A stretch of 39,211 nucleotides of DNA from Candidatus Woesearchaeota archaeon (GCA_012798335.1 JAAZNJ010000005.1:1-39211), one strand, 5' to 3'. Counted from the stretch's first letter, positions 25,283 to 34,988 are shown. Made by a program: numbers and translations. The notes: generated by a model from the letters alone, not told the origin.

Positions 25283-25591
25283 ATGATTCAAAAATTAAAT
25301 CAAATAAATCCTTTGTCTAGTGCAGAAACATTTGGATTTTTCTTTTCATTTTTAGGAGTTTTAATTGGGGCTGTTTATTCTATACTCCTTTTCTTTAAAG
25401 TAAATCCTGATATTGGTTTTAACTTTTTTTATAAGTTAATAGATTCATTAAACCTAGAATACTTTTCATTAATAATTTTTCCTTTATCTTATCTTGTAAT
25501 AGGTTTTATTTTAGGAGCAATTATATCTGCTATATACAATATTTCTGCACAATTATCTAATGGAGGAATAGAATTAGAATTAGCAGATTAA
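25283..25591 (+). CDS. Small membrane protein
   Basis: 102 aa with two long hydrophobic segments (FGFFFSFLGVLIGAVYSILLFF, FSLIIFPLSYLVIGFILGAIISAIY). Confidence 0.4.
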   Translation: MIQKLNQINPLSSAETFGFFFSFLGVLIGAVYSILLFFKVNPDIGFNFFYKLIDSLNLEYFSLIIFPLSYLVIGFILGAIISAIYNISAQLSNGGIELELAD

Positions 25592-25682
25592 CCTTTATCT
25601 CCTCTTTGATTATCTTCTTTTCTTTAATTACTTTTTAGAATTTATTCCATTTTTATAAGTATAAATCTTATAAGTCTAAATT

Positions 25683-26201
25683 TTATAAATCTAAAACAAA
25701 TTCACAAAAAAAAGAATTATCCCCTTTTTTATTAATCTTCATTTCATTATATGTTATTGCTTTAATATTATTTGTTAACTTATATCTTGAAAAATCTTCT
25801 CCTTCAATTAAAGAGACAATCAAAAAATTGTCTTTAATCTTCTTTAATTCTATTTTGTCAATTTTTTTAACAACAAAATTTTCAGCATCTACAAGATAAA
25901 TTATCTCTTCCAAAAAATTATAAAGTAAAGATAAATAATCCTTTCCAAAAACCTTTATTTTTCTTTTTTTAATCTCATTTTTTTCTTTATTTTTACTATT
26001 TGCATTCTTTTTATTTATTTTATTTTTATTACTTAAAATTTTTTTGTTTTCTTTAATCCTTTTGTTTTTGATTATTACTCTTCTTATAGCATAAGCAGAA
26101 TTTTCAAAAACTTTCTCAATAGATCTCCCATAAACTCTTATCTTTACATCTGCAGTATGTTCTAAAAATTCAAATTTTTTAATCTTGTTCATTTTTGCCA
26201 A
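25683..26201 (-). CDS. Archease (RtcB activator/chaperone) with a Lys/Asn-rich insertion
   Basis: N-terminal FEFLEHTADVKIRVYG and C-terminal FCEFVLDL are archease hallmarks. A ~45-aa low-complexity insert (KNKRIKENKKILSNKNKINKKNANSKNKEKNEIKKRK) lies between them. Confidence 0.8.
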   Translation of the reverse strand: MAKMNKIKKFEFLEHTADVKIRVYGRSIEKVFENSAYAIRRVIIKNKRIKENKKILSNKNKINKKNANSKNKEKNEIKKRKIKVFGKDYLSLLYNFLEEIIYLVDAENFVVKKIDKIELKKIKDNFLIVSLIEGEDFSRYKLTNNIKAITYNEMKINKKGDNSFFCEFVLDL

Positions 26202-26620
26202 CAGAATAAGTATAAATCCCTAGAAGTTGTTATAGAATAAATTTTTATACTTTGAGAGTAAATATTCTTTTGATTTACTTCTTCAAATAACTTACAGAAA
26301 TCATCACATATCTGTGCAACACAGTTTAAACTCGCAGGTATTCTTCTTATTATCTTATTTTTTATATCTGTTGGAATATTTTCCCAAGTTACAGGGAGAT
26401 TTTCTTCATCAATATTTAGTATTTCATTTCTAAAGGTTTCATTTGTTTCTATTTCTCTTAATATAGATAACTGTTTATAATAAACTATATCCGAAAAATC
26501 TCTTCTATTCAAAGTTGAATTTTTTTCTACTATAACTAATAAGATGCTTGATATTAAAAGTATTGAAATGAAAACTTCTACAACTTCAATCCATCCTTTT
26601 TTATTCATTTTTGTTTTCAT
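26189..26620 (-). CDS. Pilin-like protein with class III signal peptide
   Basis: MKTKMNKKG/WIEVVEVFISILLISSILLVIV: a basic stretch ending in Gly, followed by a hydrophobic helix. Confidence 0.5.
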   Translation of the reverse strand: MKTKMNKKGWIEVVEVFISILLISSILLVIVEKNSTLNRRDFSDIVYYKQLSILREIETNETFRNEILNIDEENLPVTWENIPTDIKNKIIRRIPASLNCVAQICDDFCKLFEEVNQKNIYSQSIKIYSITTSRDLYLFCWQK

Positions 26621-26672
26621 GTCTTTATTTAATAAATTTTTTATTTAGTTAGTTTAATCTTATAGGTTTTAT

Positions 26673-27416
26673 TTATCCTATTTTTACTCTTAAAAATCCT
26701 GATTGGATATCTCCATTTTTATCAATATACTGAATAGGTACTTCATCACTATAGATATTACTTGTAGTTAGATTCACACTTGGTTTTATCACTTCTCCAT
26801 TTGATTTTTCAAATTCAAAAGTAAATTCATTTCCTTCAGGAACAAATAATTCCCTCTTTAGTTCTTCATAATTACTAGAATAACTTTGATTTAATCTTTC
26901 AAATTCATTTTCAAATGAATAAATATTATCTTTTCTTATTGATAAGAATCTATAACTCTCAGGATTAATTTTTAATGTACAAGTTAAATCATCATTTGAT
27001 GTAAATTTTTCAAATGCAGGAGATAAAGACAACTCAAAAAAAGTTTCCCCTGAATCACTTCTATTTATTTTTAAATTCTTTTGTATTTCTTCATTATCAA
27101 CATAAGAACTCTGTAAATTGTTAGAATAATCCTTTACAATACCCCCATAAGAAGTTGAATTTAAATAAATAAACAAATCTTTTAATTCAACACACGCATT
27201 ATCCCCTGCTTGTTGGGTTATATTAATAATTGCATTTGTTAATGGATAACTTGTATTTCTTAAAATTTTCATTTCAATATATTCTAAAGTAATTTCTTTA
27301 TTCTTATTTTTTTCTACTTTGGTTGTTACCACAGATAAAAAGAAAACAACAAAAGTAATAAAAATCATAAAAGAAACCATTATACCAACATGAGACCCTC
27401 TTTTATTTTTATTCAT
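26673..27416 (-). CDS. Pilin-like protein with class III signal peptide
   Basis: MNKNKRG/SHVGIMVSFMIFITFVVFFLSVV. Confidence 0.5.
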   Translation of the reverse strand: MNKNKRGSHVGIMVSFMIFITFVVFFLSVVTTKVEKNKNKEITLEYIEMKILRNTSYPLTNAIINITQQAGDNACVELKDLFIYLNSTSYGGIVKDYSNNLQSSYVDNEEIQKNLKINRSDSGETFFELSLSPAFEKFTSNDDLTCTLKINPESYRFLSIRKDNIYSFENEFERLNQSYSSNYEELKRELFVPEGNEFTFEFEKSNGEVIKPSVNLTTSNIYSDEVPIQYIDKNGDIQSGFLRVKIG

Positions 27417-27495
27417 ATTATTTTATAATTTTTTTTATTTATATTCTTTACCTTTTAATAAAATTTATAATCTTTTATAAAATTTAAATTGATTT

Positions 27496-28368
27496 TTATT
27501 TTGCAAGAATAACATTCGCTACAGTTGCTATTAAAAAGGATAATGTTATTAGAGCAAAGGAATGCTTTATACCTGTTCTTAATTTTCCATCTGCTAATTT
27601 TCCTATAACTAAACCTGTAAATCCACCTTGAAATAACAATAAGAAAAGGAAAGATTTAGATATTGCACTAGGATCAACACTCCCCATAGAACTAACTCCT
27701 GCTCCACCAACTCCCGGAATTCCTCCTGAAGAAGATAAATCTTGAGTAGAAGTTATTCCTGATAACATTGGAATGATATAAAACTGCATTACTAAAACTA
27801 TAATCGTGAAAACAAAAAAGATAATATATCCTTGTGTTACAATACTTGCAATTGAAGCTCTTCTCTCTTTTTTTAATTTATCGGTTAATGTTGTTGCTTT
27901 TGCTACCTCTTCTAATATTGAAGAGATATTTCCTCCTGCTACCTCTGCTTGTCCTATGAGGGTTATTGTTCTTGAAATATTTTTATCATTTATATCTTTT
28001 GCAAAAATTTCTAAAGCTTTCCTTAAAGGAATCCCAATTGAAATTTGATTTGCCAATTTTTCAACATGTTTTGTTAAACTTCCGTAATTCTTTCTTTTTA
28101 AATTTACTAAAGTTTTACTTATTGATGTTCCTGTTTTAACGCTTTCAACTAAATTTCTTGTGAATTCTAAAAACATCACTTCTTTTTCTTGCATTTCTTT
28201 TACTTCTTTAGTATTTTTAAAAACAAGAGGCGAAACTCCAATTAAAACTCCAATCCAAACAATAAAGAAAAAATATTTTGTGCCTATTAAAGAAAAAGAA
28301 GCAAGAGTTATTATTAGTCCAATAATTATAATTGCTTTTTCACTTTTACTTAATCTTAAATTTATCAT
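27496..28368 (-). CDS. Type IV pilus/archaellum-type polytopic membrane protein (T2SS-F / FlaJ / TadC-like), second half-size paralogue
   Basis: T2SSF-like soluble helical domain (ISRTITLIGQAEVAGGNISSILEEVAKA) between TM segments. 1-nt gap to the upstream paralogue. Confidence 0.7.
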   Translation of the reverse strand: MINLRLSKSEKAIIIIGLIITLASFSLIGTKYFFFIVWIGVLIGVSPLVFKNTKEVKEMQEKEVMFLEFTRNLVESVKTGTSISKTLVNLKRKNYGSLTKHVEKLANQISIGIPLRKALEIFAKDINDKNISRTITLIGQAEVAGGNISSILEEVAKATTLTDKLKKERRASIASIVTQGYIIFFVFTIIVLVMQFYIIPMLSGITSTQDLSSSGGIPGVGGAGVSSMGSVDPSAISKSFLFLLLFQGGFTGLVIGKLADGKLRTGIKHSFALITLSFLIATVANVILAK

Positions 28369-28369
28369 T

Positions 28370-29638
28370 TTATTCTCCTGAATTAGATTGTTTTATTTGA
28401 AGGAATAATAAAAAGAGAATATTAATTAAAGAAACTGCACCAACAACTAGAAAGGTAATCATATCGGTTGGAAGACTTATCCCAATGCCGCTTATTTTCA
28501 TCATAACTAAGAGTAACATTAAAACCATTGGTGTTGCTATAACTATACTTATATACATATCCATAAATGTTTCTGCTGATTTAGCATCTTTTTCTTTTTC
28601 TAACCTATAATCTAAAAGGAGAGTTTGAGCTCTTTTATCAAAGAAATTATATAGATCTCCTCCAGAAGTAATTGTTGTTGATAAACCATTAAAAAGTTCT
28701 GATAATTTTTGGCTTGGTGTGTTTAAAGCTATGTCTCTTAAAGCAGTAACTAAATCATAACCATAAATATTTATCTCATTTAATAATTTATTAAACTCTT
28801 TTCCAACATTGGGATATTCTCTTGTTGAAACAATTATAGAAAATATTTTTACAGGATCAATCATTGATCCAGAAATAGCAGACATGTGAATTGCTACAAA
28901 GGGAAGTTCACCATCAATCTTTTTCTCTAAACTCTTTTTTTCTAAAGAAGGAAGAGAATACATAAAAAAATAAACAAAGATAGGTGTTCCAAGAGGTATC
29001 CATATTAATTTTAATAATCTTAAAGCTATTGGTTCTGTAATTTTTACAATTATAGGGAATTCAGGAACAAGATTAAAATTTAAGAAAAAGGCAAAAATTA
29101 TCATAGCAATAAAAAAAGAGACAATTGTGTTAAGAAACATCAATGAAATATAAGTAATAGAAGTATATTCTAAATTTGATTTAACTAAATTTTGGGTTAA
29201 TTCTCTAAACCTCTGTTCTTTGAGCATTTCTTTTACTTTTTCTGCAAAAAGTTTATTAGCAAATTCATAATATTTACTAGGCTTTTTTTCTACTTTCTTT
29301 TCTACGACATTACTCTTTTGTTTTAATCTTTCCAAAGCATTTCTTTCTAAATCAGAAAGCTGGTCTTTTTTGTATTCAATAACTTTTTTTTCAAAACTTT
29401 CTTTTTCTTTTTCAGAAGAAAATCTTTTTAATTCTAATTTTAGAATCCTCTTTTTTAGTTCTAAATTTTCTTTTTTAAGCTTTTCTTTTTCTTCACGAAA
29501 TTTTTTTAAAAATTCGTTCTTTTCATAAGGGTCTTTTATAGAAGCAATGTTCTCATTTATTAAAGTTAATTCTAAAAAAATATTTTTTTCTTTTACTATT
29601 TCTTCATTTATCTTATCAATATCTTCAATTGTGCTCAT
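28370..29638 (-). CDS. Type IV pilus/archaellum-type polytopic membrane protein (FlaJ/TadC-like) with coiled-coil N-terminal extension
   Basis: T2SSF-like segment LSELFNGLSTTITSGGDLYNFFDKRAQTLLLDY, followed by TMs. Lys/Glu-rich ~150-aa N-terminus. Confidence 0.7.
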   Translation of the reverse strand: MSTIEDIDKINEEIVKEKNIFLELTLINENIASIKDPYEKNEFLKKFREEKEKLKKENLELKKRILKLELKRFSSEKEKESFEKKVIEYKKDQLSDLERNALERLKQKSNVVEKKVEKKPSKYYEFANKLFAEKVKEMLKEQRFRELTQNLVKSNLEYTSITYISLMFLNTIVSFFIAMIIFAFFLNFNLVPEFPIIVKITEPIALRLLKLIWIPLGTPIFVYFFMYSLPSLEKKSLEKKIDGELPFVAIHMSAISGSMIDPVKIFSIIVSTREYPNVGKEFNKLLNEINIYGYDLVTALRDIALNTPSQKLSELFNGLSTTITSGGDLYNFFDKRAQTLLLDYRLEKEKDAKSAETFMDMYISIVIATPMVLMLLLVMMKISGIGISLPTDMITFLVVGAVSLINILFLLFLQIKQSNSGE

Positions 29639-29801
29639 TATTTAAAACTCCTTCAATTTCTTTCTGTATCTCTAACATAGCTTTTTTAGTTTTTAGAAAA
29701 TTTTCTTTATCATGAATTTCATAGAATCTTCTTAATCTTAAAACAGCATCTTCTAAAGAATTAAATGCATTTGTTAGAAATGAAATCTCCTCTTTTTTCA
29801 T
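29625..29801 (-). CDS. Unlisted 58-aa ORF between the ATPase and the membrane-protein genes
   Basis: My own reverse-strand translation: MKKEEISFLTNAFNSLEDAVLRLRRFYEIHDKENFLKTKKAMLEIQKEIEGVLNNEHN*. Below the 60-aa track cutoff. Overlaps the next ATG (29638) by 14 nt and starts 37 nt after the ATPase stop. Confidence 0.4.
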   Translation of the reverse strand: MKKEEISFLTNAFNSLEDAVLRLRRFYEIHDKENFLKTKKAMLEIQKEIEGVLNNEHN

Positions 29802-29838
29802 AGATAAAAAAGGTTTTTCTTATTCTTAAAGATTTTGT

Positions 29839-31473
29839 TTATTCTTTATTTTCCTCTTCATCAATACCCAATTCTTTTAAAACTTCATCAGGAGTTTTAT
29901 AATACCTATTAACTATACCTTGAACATCGTCAAAACTAGAAATTTTCTTTTTATACATTTGATAAATAATTTTAGCTTTTTTGTTTAATTCTTTTTCTAG
30001 TTCTTCTTTTGAGATTCCATATCTCTTTGATATTTTTTCAAAAACTTTACTTTCTTTTTTAAAATAAAACCGGTCTTCTGCAGCATTCCATGAGAAAGGG
30101 GTATTAATAACAGCAATTCCCTCAGGATCAACATTTACAATTTCAACTATCTCTCTTAATTTTCTTGTTTCTTGTTTATTAACTATTGCATGAGTCATTA
30201 TACAAACGCAATCAAGAACATTTAACAATGTAGGAGATAATTCTATAGGTGGTGTTTCTAATCTTTTTATTAAAGTATCCACAGAATCTGCATGAATAGT
30301 ACTTATTGAAGAGTGTCCTGAAGCCATTCCTTGGAATAATACAGAAGCCTCTTTACCTCTAACTTCTCCAACAATTACATAATCTGGGTTTTGTCTAAAA
30401 GAAGCTCTTAATAATGTAAATAAAGTTACTTCATTTTCTCTTTTATCACCTGTTGCTGCTCTTGTTACACTTGGAAGCCAATTCTCTCTAGGGAGATTTA
30501 ACTCTCTTGTATCTTCAATACTTACAACTCTTGCTTCAGGAGGTATAAAAAAAGCAACAGCATTTAAAAGAGAGGTTTTACCTGAAGCTGTTCCTCCTGC
30601 TATTAATATATTCATTTTATATTCAACTAAAATCCAAAGATAAGCAAGCATTTCAGGACTTAATGTTCTAAAAGAAATAAGTTCTGTAGGTGTCCAAGGA
30701 GTTGTAGTGAATTTTCTTATAGTAAAAGTAGGCCCTTTACTTGTAATATCTTGAGTGTATGTTGCATTAATTCTGCTTCCATCAGGCAAGGTTCCATCAA
30801 GTATAGGATCAGCATAAGAAATATGTTTTCCACATCTTTGTGCGAACTTTTCTACTAAAACTTCTAATCTTGCTATGTCATTAAATACTAAACTTGTTTT
30901 TAAATTTCTAAAAACTCTATGAACAACATATACAGGGCTATTAGCACCATTACATTCAACATCTTCAATAAAATAATCTCTTAGAATAGGTTCCATCTCA
31001 TTAAATCCTAAGAAATCTCTGCTTAAATAATAATAGAGTTTTCTATAAGAATCATAAGGAATATTCATACCAAACTCCACTGCTAAAATTCTTATTCTCT
31101 GATCAATGTATTCTAATAACCTTTGTTCATCTCTTTCTATTATTTCTTCAAAATTTATTAAGTCTTCAATTGCTGTTGTTAATTGAGCATGATATTCTCT
31201 TTCTTGTCTTGTTAAAATAGGTTCTTCAATTTCATAGACTAATTCATAAATCTCAGGATCCCAATAAATATGGATATAAGCAAAAGGAGAAATAACACAA
31301 TATCTAACATTTACTTTTGTTTTATCTTTCACTTTCTGTAGAGGAGGAATTTTCGGATGAAAATTTATTTCTACTTTTTCATATTTCTCAATATCAAAAT
31401 TTATCCTCTTTAAAGGAGGTTTAGGCTTTATCTCTGGTTTAGAATTAATTTTATCCTTAGCATCTTTATCCAT
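29839..31473 (-). CDS. Type II/IV secretion-family ATPase (FlaI / archaeal PilB-like)
   Basis: Walker A AGGTASGKTS, Asp box VSIEDTRELNL, Walker B DYVIVGEVRGKEA, His box SGHSSISTIHADS. Confidence 0.9.
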   Translation of the reverse strand: MDKDAKDKINSKPEIKPKPPLKRINFDIEKYEKVEINFHPKIPPLQKVKDKTKVNVRYCVISPFAYIHIYWDPEIYELVYEIEEPILTRQEREYHAQLTTAIEDLINFEEIIERDEQRLLEYIDQRIRILAVEFGMNIPYDSYRKLYYYLSRDFLGFNEMEPILRDYFIEDVECNGANSPVYVVHRVFRNLKTSLVFNDIARLEVLVEKFAQRCGKHISYADPILDGTLPDGSRINATYTQDITSKGPTFTIRKFTTTPWTPTELISFRTLSPEMLAYLWILVEYKMNILIAGGTASGKTSLLNAVAFFIPPEARVVSIEDTRELNLPRENWLPSVTRAATGDKRENEVTLFTLLRASFRQNPDYVIVGEVRGKEASVLFQGMASGHSSISTIHADSVDTLIKRLETPPIELSPTLLNVLDCVCIMTHAIVNKQETRKLREIVEIVNVDPEGIAVINTPFSWNAAEDRFYFKKESKVFEKISKRYGISKEELEKELNKKAKIIYQMYKKKISSFDDVQGIVNRYYKTPDEVLKELGIDEEENKE

Positions 31474-31475
31474 TT

Positions 31476-32015
31476 TTATGTTGTTATATCTAAGATTATT
31501 CTTTCATTGGGTGTTCCTCTTTCTTGTAAACCCTGATTTTCTAATTGTATACTATATGCTGTTGAACTAGGATTAAGAGTTCTTATACTCTCTACACCAT
31601 TAACGGTTAGATTATATTTTGTTGATTCTGAAGTATAATTTTTATAAAGTTTAACATTATAGGCATCTGCCGTTTTTAAAGTGATGATACTTATGCCCCC
31701 ATCATTAATTATTTTGTTTAACTCACTAAACTGATATTTGCTTGGTATTTCAAAATATATCATATCTTCTAATCCATTTAAAATGAGTTTTCCCTGTTTT
31801 ATTGTTATTCCCTTTGTTCGTTTATCACCATAATTCATTCCTAAGATCTCTAAATCTAAATTTTTAATTACTTCTAATGACTGTTCTATAGCTGTTTTAT
31901 CCCTTGTTTTTTCAATTTGAGGTTTAACATAAAATAAAACAAGAGATATCATTAAGAATGCAATTAAAGTATAAATTACTGTTTCAACCCAGACTTGTGC
32001 TTTTTTTTTAAACAT
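31476..32015 (-). CDS. Pilin-like protein with class III signal peptide
   Basis: MFKKKA/QVWVETVIYTLIAFLMISLVLFYV. 2-nt gap to the ATPase start. Confidence 0.5.
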   Translation of the reverse strand: MFKKKAQVWVETVIYTLIAFLMISLVLFYVKPQIEKTRDKTAIEQSLEVIKNLDLEILGMNYGDKRTKGITIKQGKLILNGLEDMIYFEIPSKYQFSELNKIINDGGISIITLKTADAYNVKLYKNYTSESTKYNLTVNGVESIRTLNPSSTAYSIQLENQGLQERGTPNERIILDITT

Positions 32016-32044
32016 TTTTTATGAATAATTATTTTCATCTAAAT

Positions 32045-32572
32045 TTAACTATATCTTGAATATATACAAGAGACTATTTCAACCATTGAATCTGACTCTT
32101 GACATAATTTGCCCTCTCTAACAGGAGCAATTGCAATTGAATCTGGAGCATAATCTAAATTTGTAATTAGGTAACTAAATCCTTCATTTGATTTAGGGAT
32201 ATAAACACTTGTTGTTCCATTTGACATCTGTATCCCAGAAATAATTTTTGGATCATTGGTTAAGTCAAAAGATTTTACTGTTCCATTGGCTTTAATCGCT
32301 ATTTTTAAGCCTTCTATCTCGATGTCCCCTAAACCTATTGAAAAAGTTAGATTATACTTTTTAGTTATATCATTCCCAGTATAGCAAGTATATTCTTTGT
32401 TTATTTTTACCTGATCATAAATCCCAGAACAAGAAGTTGTTTCTTTCATTTTTCCAGATAACATATTATTTACTAAAGCTCCTACTACTGCAACAGCGCC
32501 AATACCTATTCCTATTAAGATTATTGTAACAACTATCTCAGAAACTCCTTTTTTTGAATTTATCATTTTCAT
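32045..32572 (-). CDS. Archaeal type IV pilin (DUF361-type N-terminus)
   Basis: MKMINSKKG/VSEIVVTIILIGIGIGAVAVVGA. Confidence 0.65.
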   Translation of the reverse strand: MKMINSKKGVSEIVVTIILIGIGIGAVAVVGALVNNMLSGKMKETTSCSGIYDQVKINKEYTCYTGNDITKKYNLTFSIGLGDIEIEGLKIAIKANGTVKSFDLTNDPKIISGIQMSNGTTSVYIPKSNEGFSYLITNLDYAPDSIAIAPVREGKLCQESDSMVEIVSCIYSRYS

Positions 32573-32588
32573 CTTTATTTTATTTTTA

Positions 32589-33086
32589 TTACTCTTTATT
32601 TATGATCTTTGAGTATTCTTCTTTACAATCAACAACCTTTTTATCTTTTGCACTGTTTTTACCAACGAGCATAGGTATTAATTGTAATTTTTCTATACTC
32701 TCCAAAGAATATCCTAAACTGCTAGCAATATTATAACTTAAAGATTTTCCTACTGTAAAACTCTGACCCCATTCGCTTCCCATTATTTCACTCATTTTTA
32801 TAGTTTTATAATTTCCTTGACTATACACTTTTATTTTAATATCAAAAATTGGAGCATTACCTGCGTTTAATAATGTTATATCTCCTGTTGTAAAATCATA
32901 CTCTGCATCAAATTTTACATCTTGTTGACATACCATATCAATATTTTTATCTAACTTTACAACTCCTTCAACCATTGTACTTCTTAACCAAAAGAAAATT
33001 ATAGTTATCATCCCAACAACAACAGCAACTAAGACTATAGAAGTGATTACAGGAGAAACCCCTTTTTTCTGAATTTTTTTATTCAT
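32589..33086 (-). CDS. Archaeal type IV pilin (DUF361-type N-terminus)
   Basis: MNKKIQKKG/VSPVITSIVLVAVVVGMITIIFFW: the classic KGVSPVI archaeal pilin/flagellin-type N-terminus. Confidence 0.75.
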   Translation of the reverse strand: MNKKIQKKGVSPVITSIVLVAVVVGMITIIFFWLRSTMVEGVVKLDKNIDMVCQQDVKFDAEYDFTTGDITLLNAGNAPIFDIKIKVYSQGNYKTIKMSEIMGSEWGQSFTVGKSLSYNIASSLGYSLESIEKLQLIPMLVGKNSAKDKKVVDCKEEYSKIINKE

Positions 33087-33156
33087 TTTATTTTAAATAT
33101 TCTTTATTTTTTAAATCTTATTAATTTAGTTATCTTAATTAATTATTACTTCTAAT

Positions 33157-33711
33157 CTAAGCATTGAATGTTAATATCTCCTGAATTTTATTGTTAGGGC
33201 ATTGCAATAACTTTTTTTTATCATTTACTATTTGATATCTTGTGGGTATTATCTCAATTTTTTTCATTGTTCCATATTTACTTAAATTAAAAGACCTTGT
33301 TGTATAAGTCATTGGAGAGAATGAATTTTCAACTATTTGAAATCTTATTAAATCCCCATAAATCGTTTCTTCTTGATCTTTATTGAGTGGAATAAGTTCT
33401 TTAGCTAAACTTAAATCAGAGATTTCTCCAAGTTCAGCAGATTTATTTGAACCCCTTATATAAAAACCATCTATTGAAAATCTTCCATTATTTCTAAAAG
33501 TTATATTTAATCTTTTAGTAGCTGCTTCATATGTTATCTTACTGATACTTAAAGAAACACCATCAGGACATTCTAAACTTTCTTTTGGAACATAAGTTTT
33601 CATCCAAGTGTAAACAATAATACTTAAACCAATTGAAATTCCAATTAATAAAACATAGCTTACTATAATGCTTAACCCTTTTTTATTTTTTAAATCACCT
33701 TCTTTTTTCAT
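33157..33711 (-). CDS. Archaeal type IV pilin-like protein
   Basis: MKKEGDLKNKKG/LSIIVSYVLLIGISIGLSIIVYTW. Confidence 0.65.
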   Translation of the reverse strand: MKKEGDLKNKKGLSIIVSYVLLIGISIGLSIIVYTWMKTYVPKESLECPDGVSLSISKITYEAATKRLNITFRNNGRFSIDGFYIRGSNKSAELGEISDLSLAKELIPLNKDQEETIYGDLIRFQIVENSFSPMTYTTRSFNLSKYGTMKKIEIIPTRYQIVNDKKKLLQCPNNKIQEILTFNA

Positions 33712-33752
33712 ATATATTTTATATTTTTTATATTTATATAACTTACCCTAAG

Positions 33753-34310
33753 TTAAGGAATGTATACCTTATCTTCATTTTCATATTTCCAAATTAAATA
33801 ATAAAAATTATCTCCCTCATTTATAGTAAAGTCTTTAGTATAAGTATTATTTAATTTTAATTTTATTGGGTTTGTAAAAGTTGAAAGGTAAAAAGTTTCC
33901 ATTTTTCCATCTAACCAATCTGAACTATCTTCGCAATGTCCTGTTAAATTTAAACATATTGTTTCTGGAGCTACTTCTTGATAATATAAAAAACTTAAAT
34001 TTGCATTTTCCCCATTTCTTCTTCCGAATATAAAATAATAATTATTTTTTTCTTGTATATAATCAACATACTTTTTTGCAAAATCTCTTGAGAGGTTTCT
34101 CATCTGTTCATCGTTTAGACTGTTATATTCTCCTTCTTTAATTAAATAACCACTTTCTATATACAACTCTTTTGATAAATCCCCTATCTTTGTTAAATCT
34201 TTTTTTTCAATAACCTTGTTTGAAACACTAATGAGGGTAGTTGTAACAATAATAATAACTATCGCAGCAATAAGGAAGAATTGTCCTTTTTTATTCACTT
34301 TTTTATTCAT
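33753..34310 (-). CDS. Pilin-like protein with class III signal peptide
   Basis: MNKKVNKKG/QFFLIAAIVIIIVTTTLISV. Confidence 0.55.
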   Translation of the reverse strand: MNKKVNKKGQFFLIAAIVIIIVTTTLISVSNKVIEKKDLTKIGDLSKELYIESGYLIKEGEYNSLNDEQMRNLSRDFAKKYVDYIQEKNNYYFIFGRRNGENANLSFLYYQEVAPETICLNLTGHCEDSSDWLDGKMETFYLSTFTNPIKLKLNNTYTKDFTINEGDNFYYLIWKYENEDKVYIP

Positions 34311-34415
34311 AGAACAATAAAATTTTTTTATATTTATTAATCTTTCTTATTTGTTATTTTTTTGTTTTTTTACTCTTTCTTTTTATATTTCTTGTACTAA
34401 ATATTTTAAAAGGGA

Positions 34416-34988
34416 TTATACCAGAAGAATAATCAAAATTCCAAGCGCATTTAATAAAAAACCTAATATCAATAATATTTTTTCTTTTATTTCTGTTATC
34501 CCGCTTAAAAGAGTTACTCCTATCTCATCAGGTAAGGGAGAAGCAAGAATTATCCCTGCAAATAAATAAGTCAAGTAAGTTTTTATTTTTTTAGAGATTA
34601 TTTTTTCTGAAACTTTTTTTATTCTTAGATTAAATTTTTCTTTGCCTAATTTTTGAAATTCTTCTTTGAAAGAAGTTTTTATAAATTTAAATATTAACAA
34701 ATCAGAAATCATAGCACCAATTCCCCCTATAAGCGCTGATAAAATTATATTCTGTTTTCCTATTACTAAAAAAAATCCTGTTGCAATTGGTGCTGTAAAA
34801 CCAAAGGAAAATAGCATTCCTGAAATAAAAACACCAACATACCCTAAACTGCCCAAGTTTTTAATAAAATTAGAAACTTCTTGCTTAGAAAAAACCCAAT
34901 ATGAAAAAATTATAATAAATAATAAAAGAAATAATTTTGGGTATTTTATTTTAAATCTCTTTTTTGTTTTCATTTTTCTTGTTTTCAT
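34416..34988 (-). CDS. Integral membrane protein (possibly DedA/SNARE-associated-like)
   Basis: About 5 TM segments, with PLPDEIGVTLLSG near the C-terminus. Its ATG directly abuts the stop of the P-type ATPase. Confidence 0.4.
   Translation of the reverse strand: MKTRKMKTKKRFKIKYPKLFLLLFIIIFSYWVFSKQEVSNFIKNLGSLGYVGVFISGMLFSFGFTAPIATGFFLVIGKQNIILSALIGGIGAMISDLLIFKFIKTSFKEEFQKLGKEKFNLRIKKVSEKIISKKIKTYLTYLFAGIILASPLPDEIGVTLLSGITEIKEKILLILGFLLNALGILIILLV

Noticed and set aside
34416-34988. Membrane protein next to the pilus locus as the missing prepilin peptidase
   Set aside because: It lacks the two-aspartate signature (including GxGD) of PibD/FlaK-type peptidases. It is coupled to the P-type ATPase gene rather than to the pilin genes.
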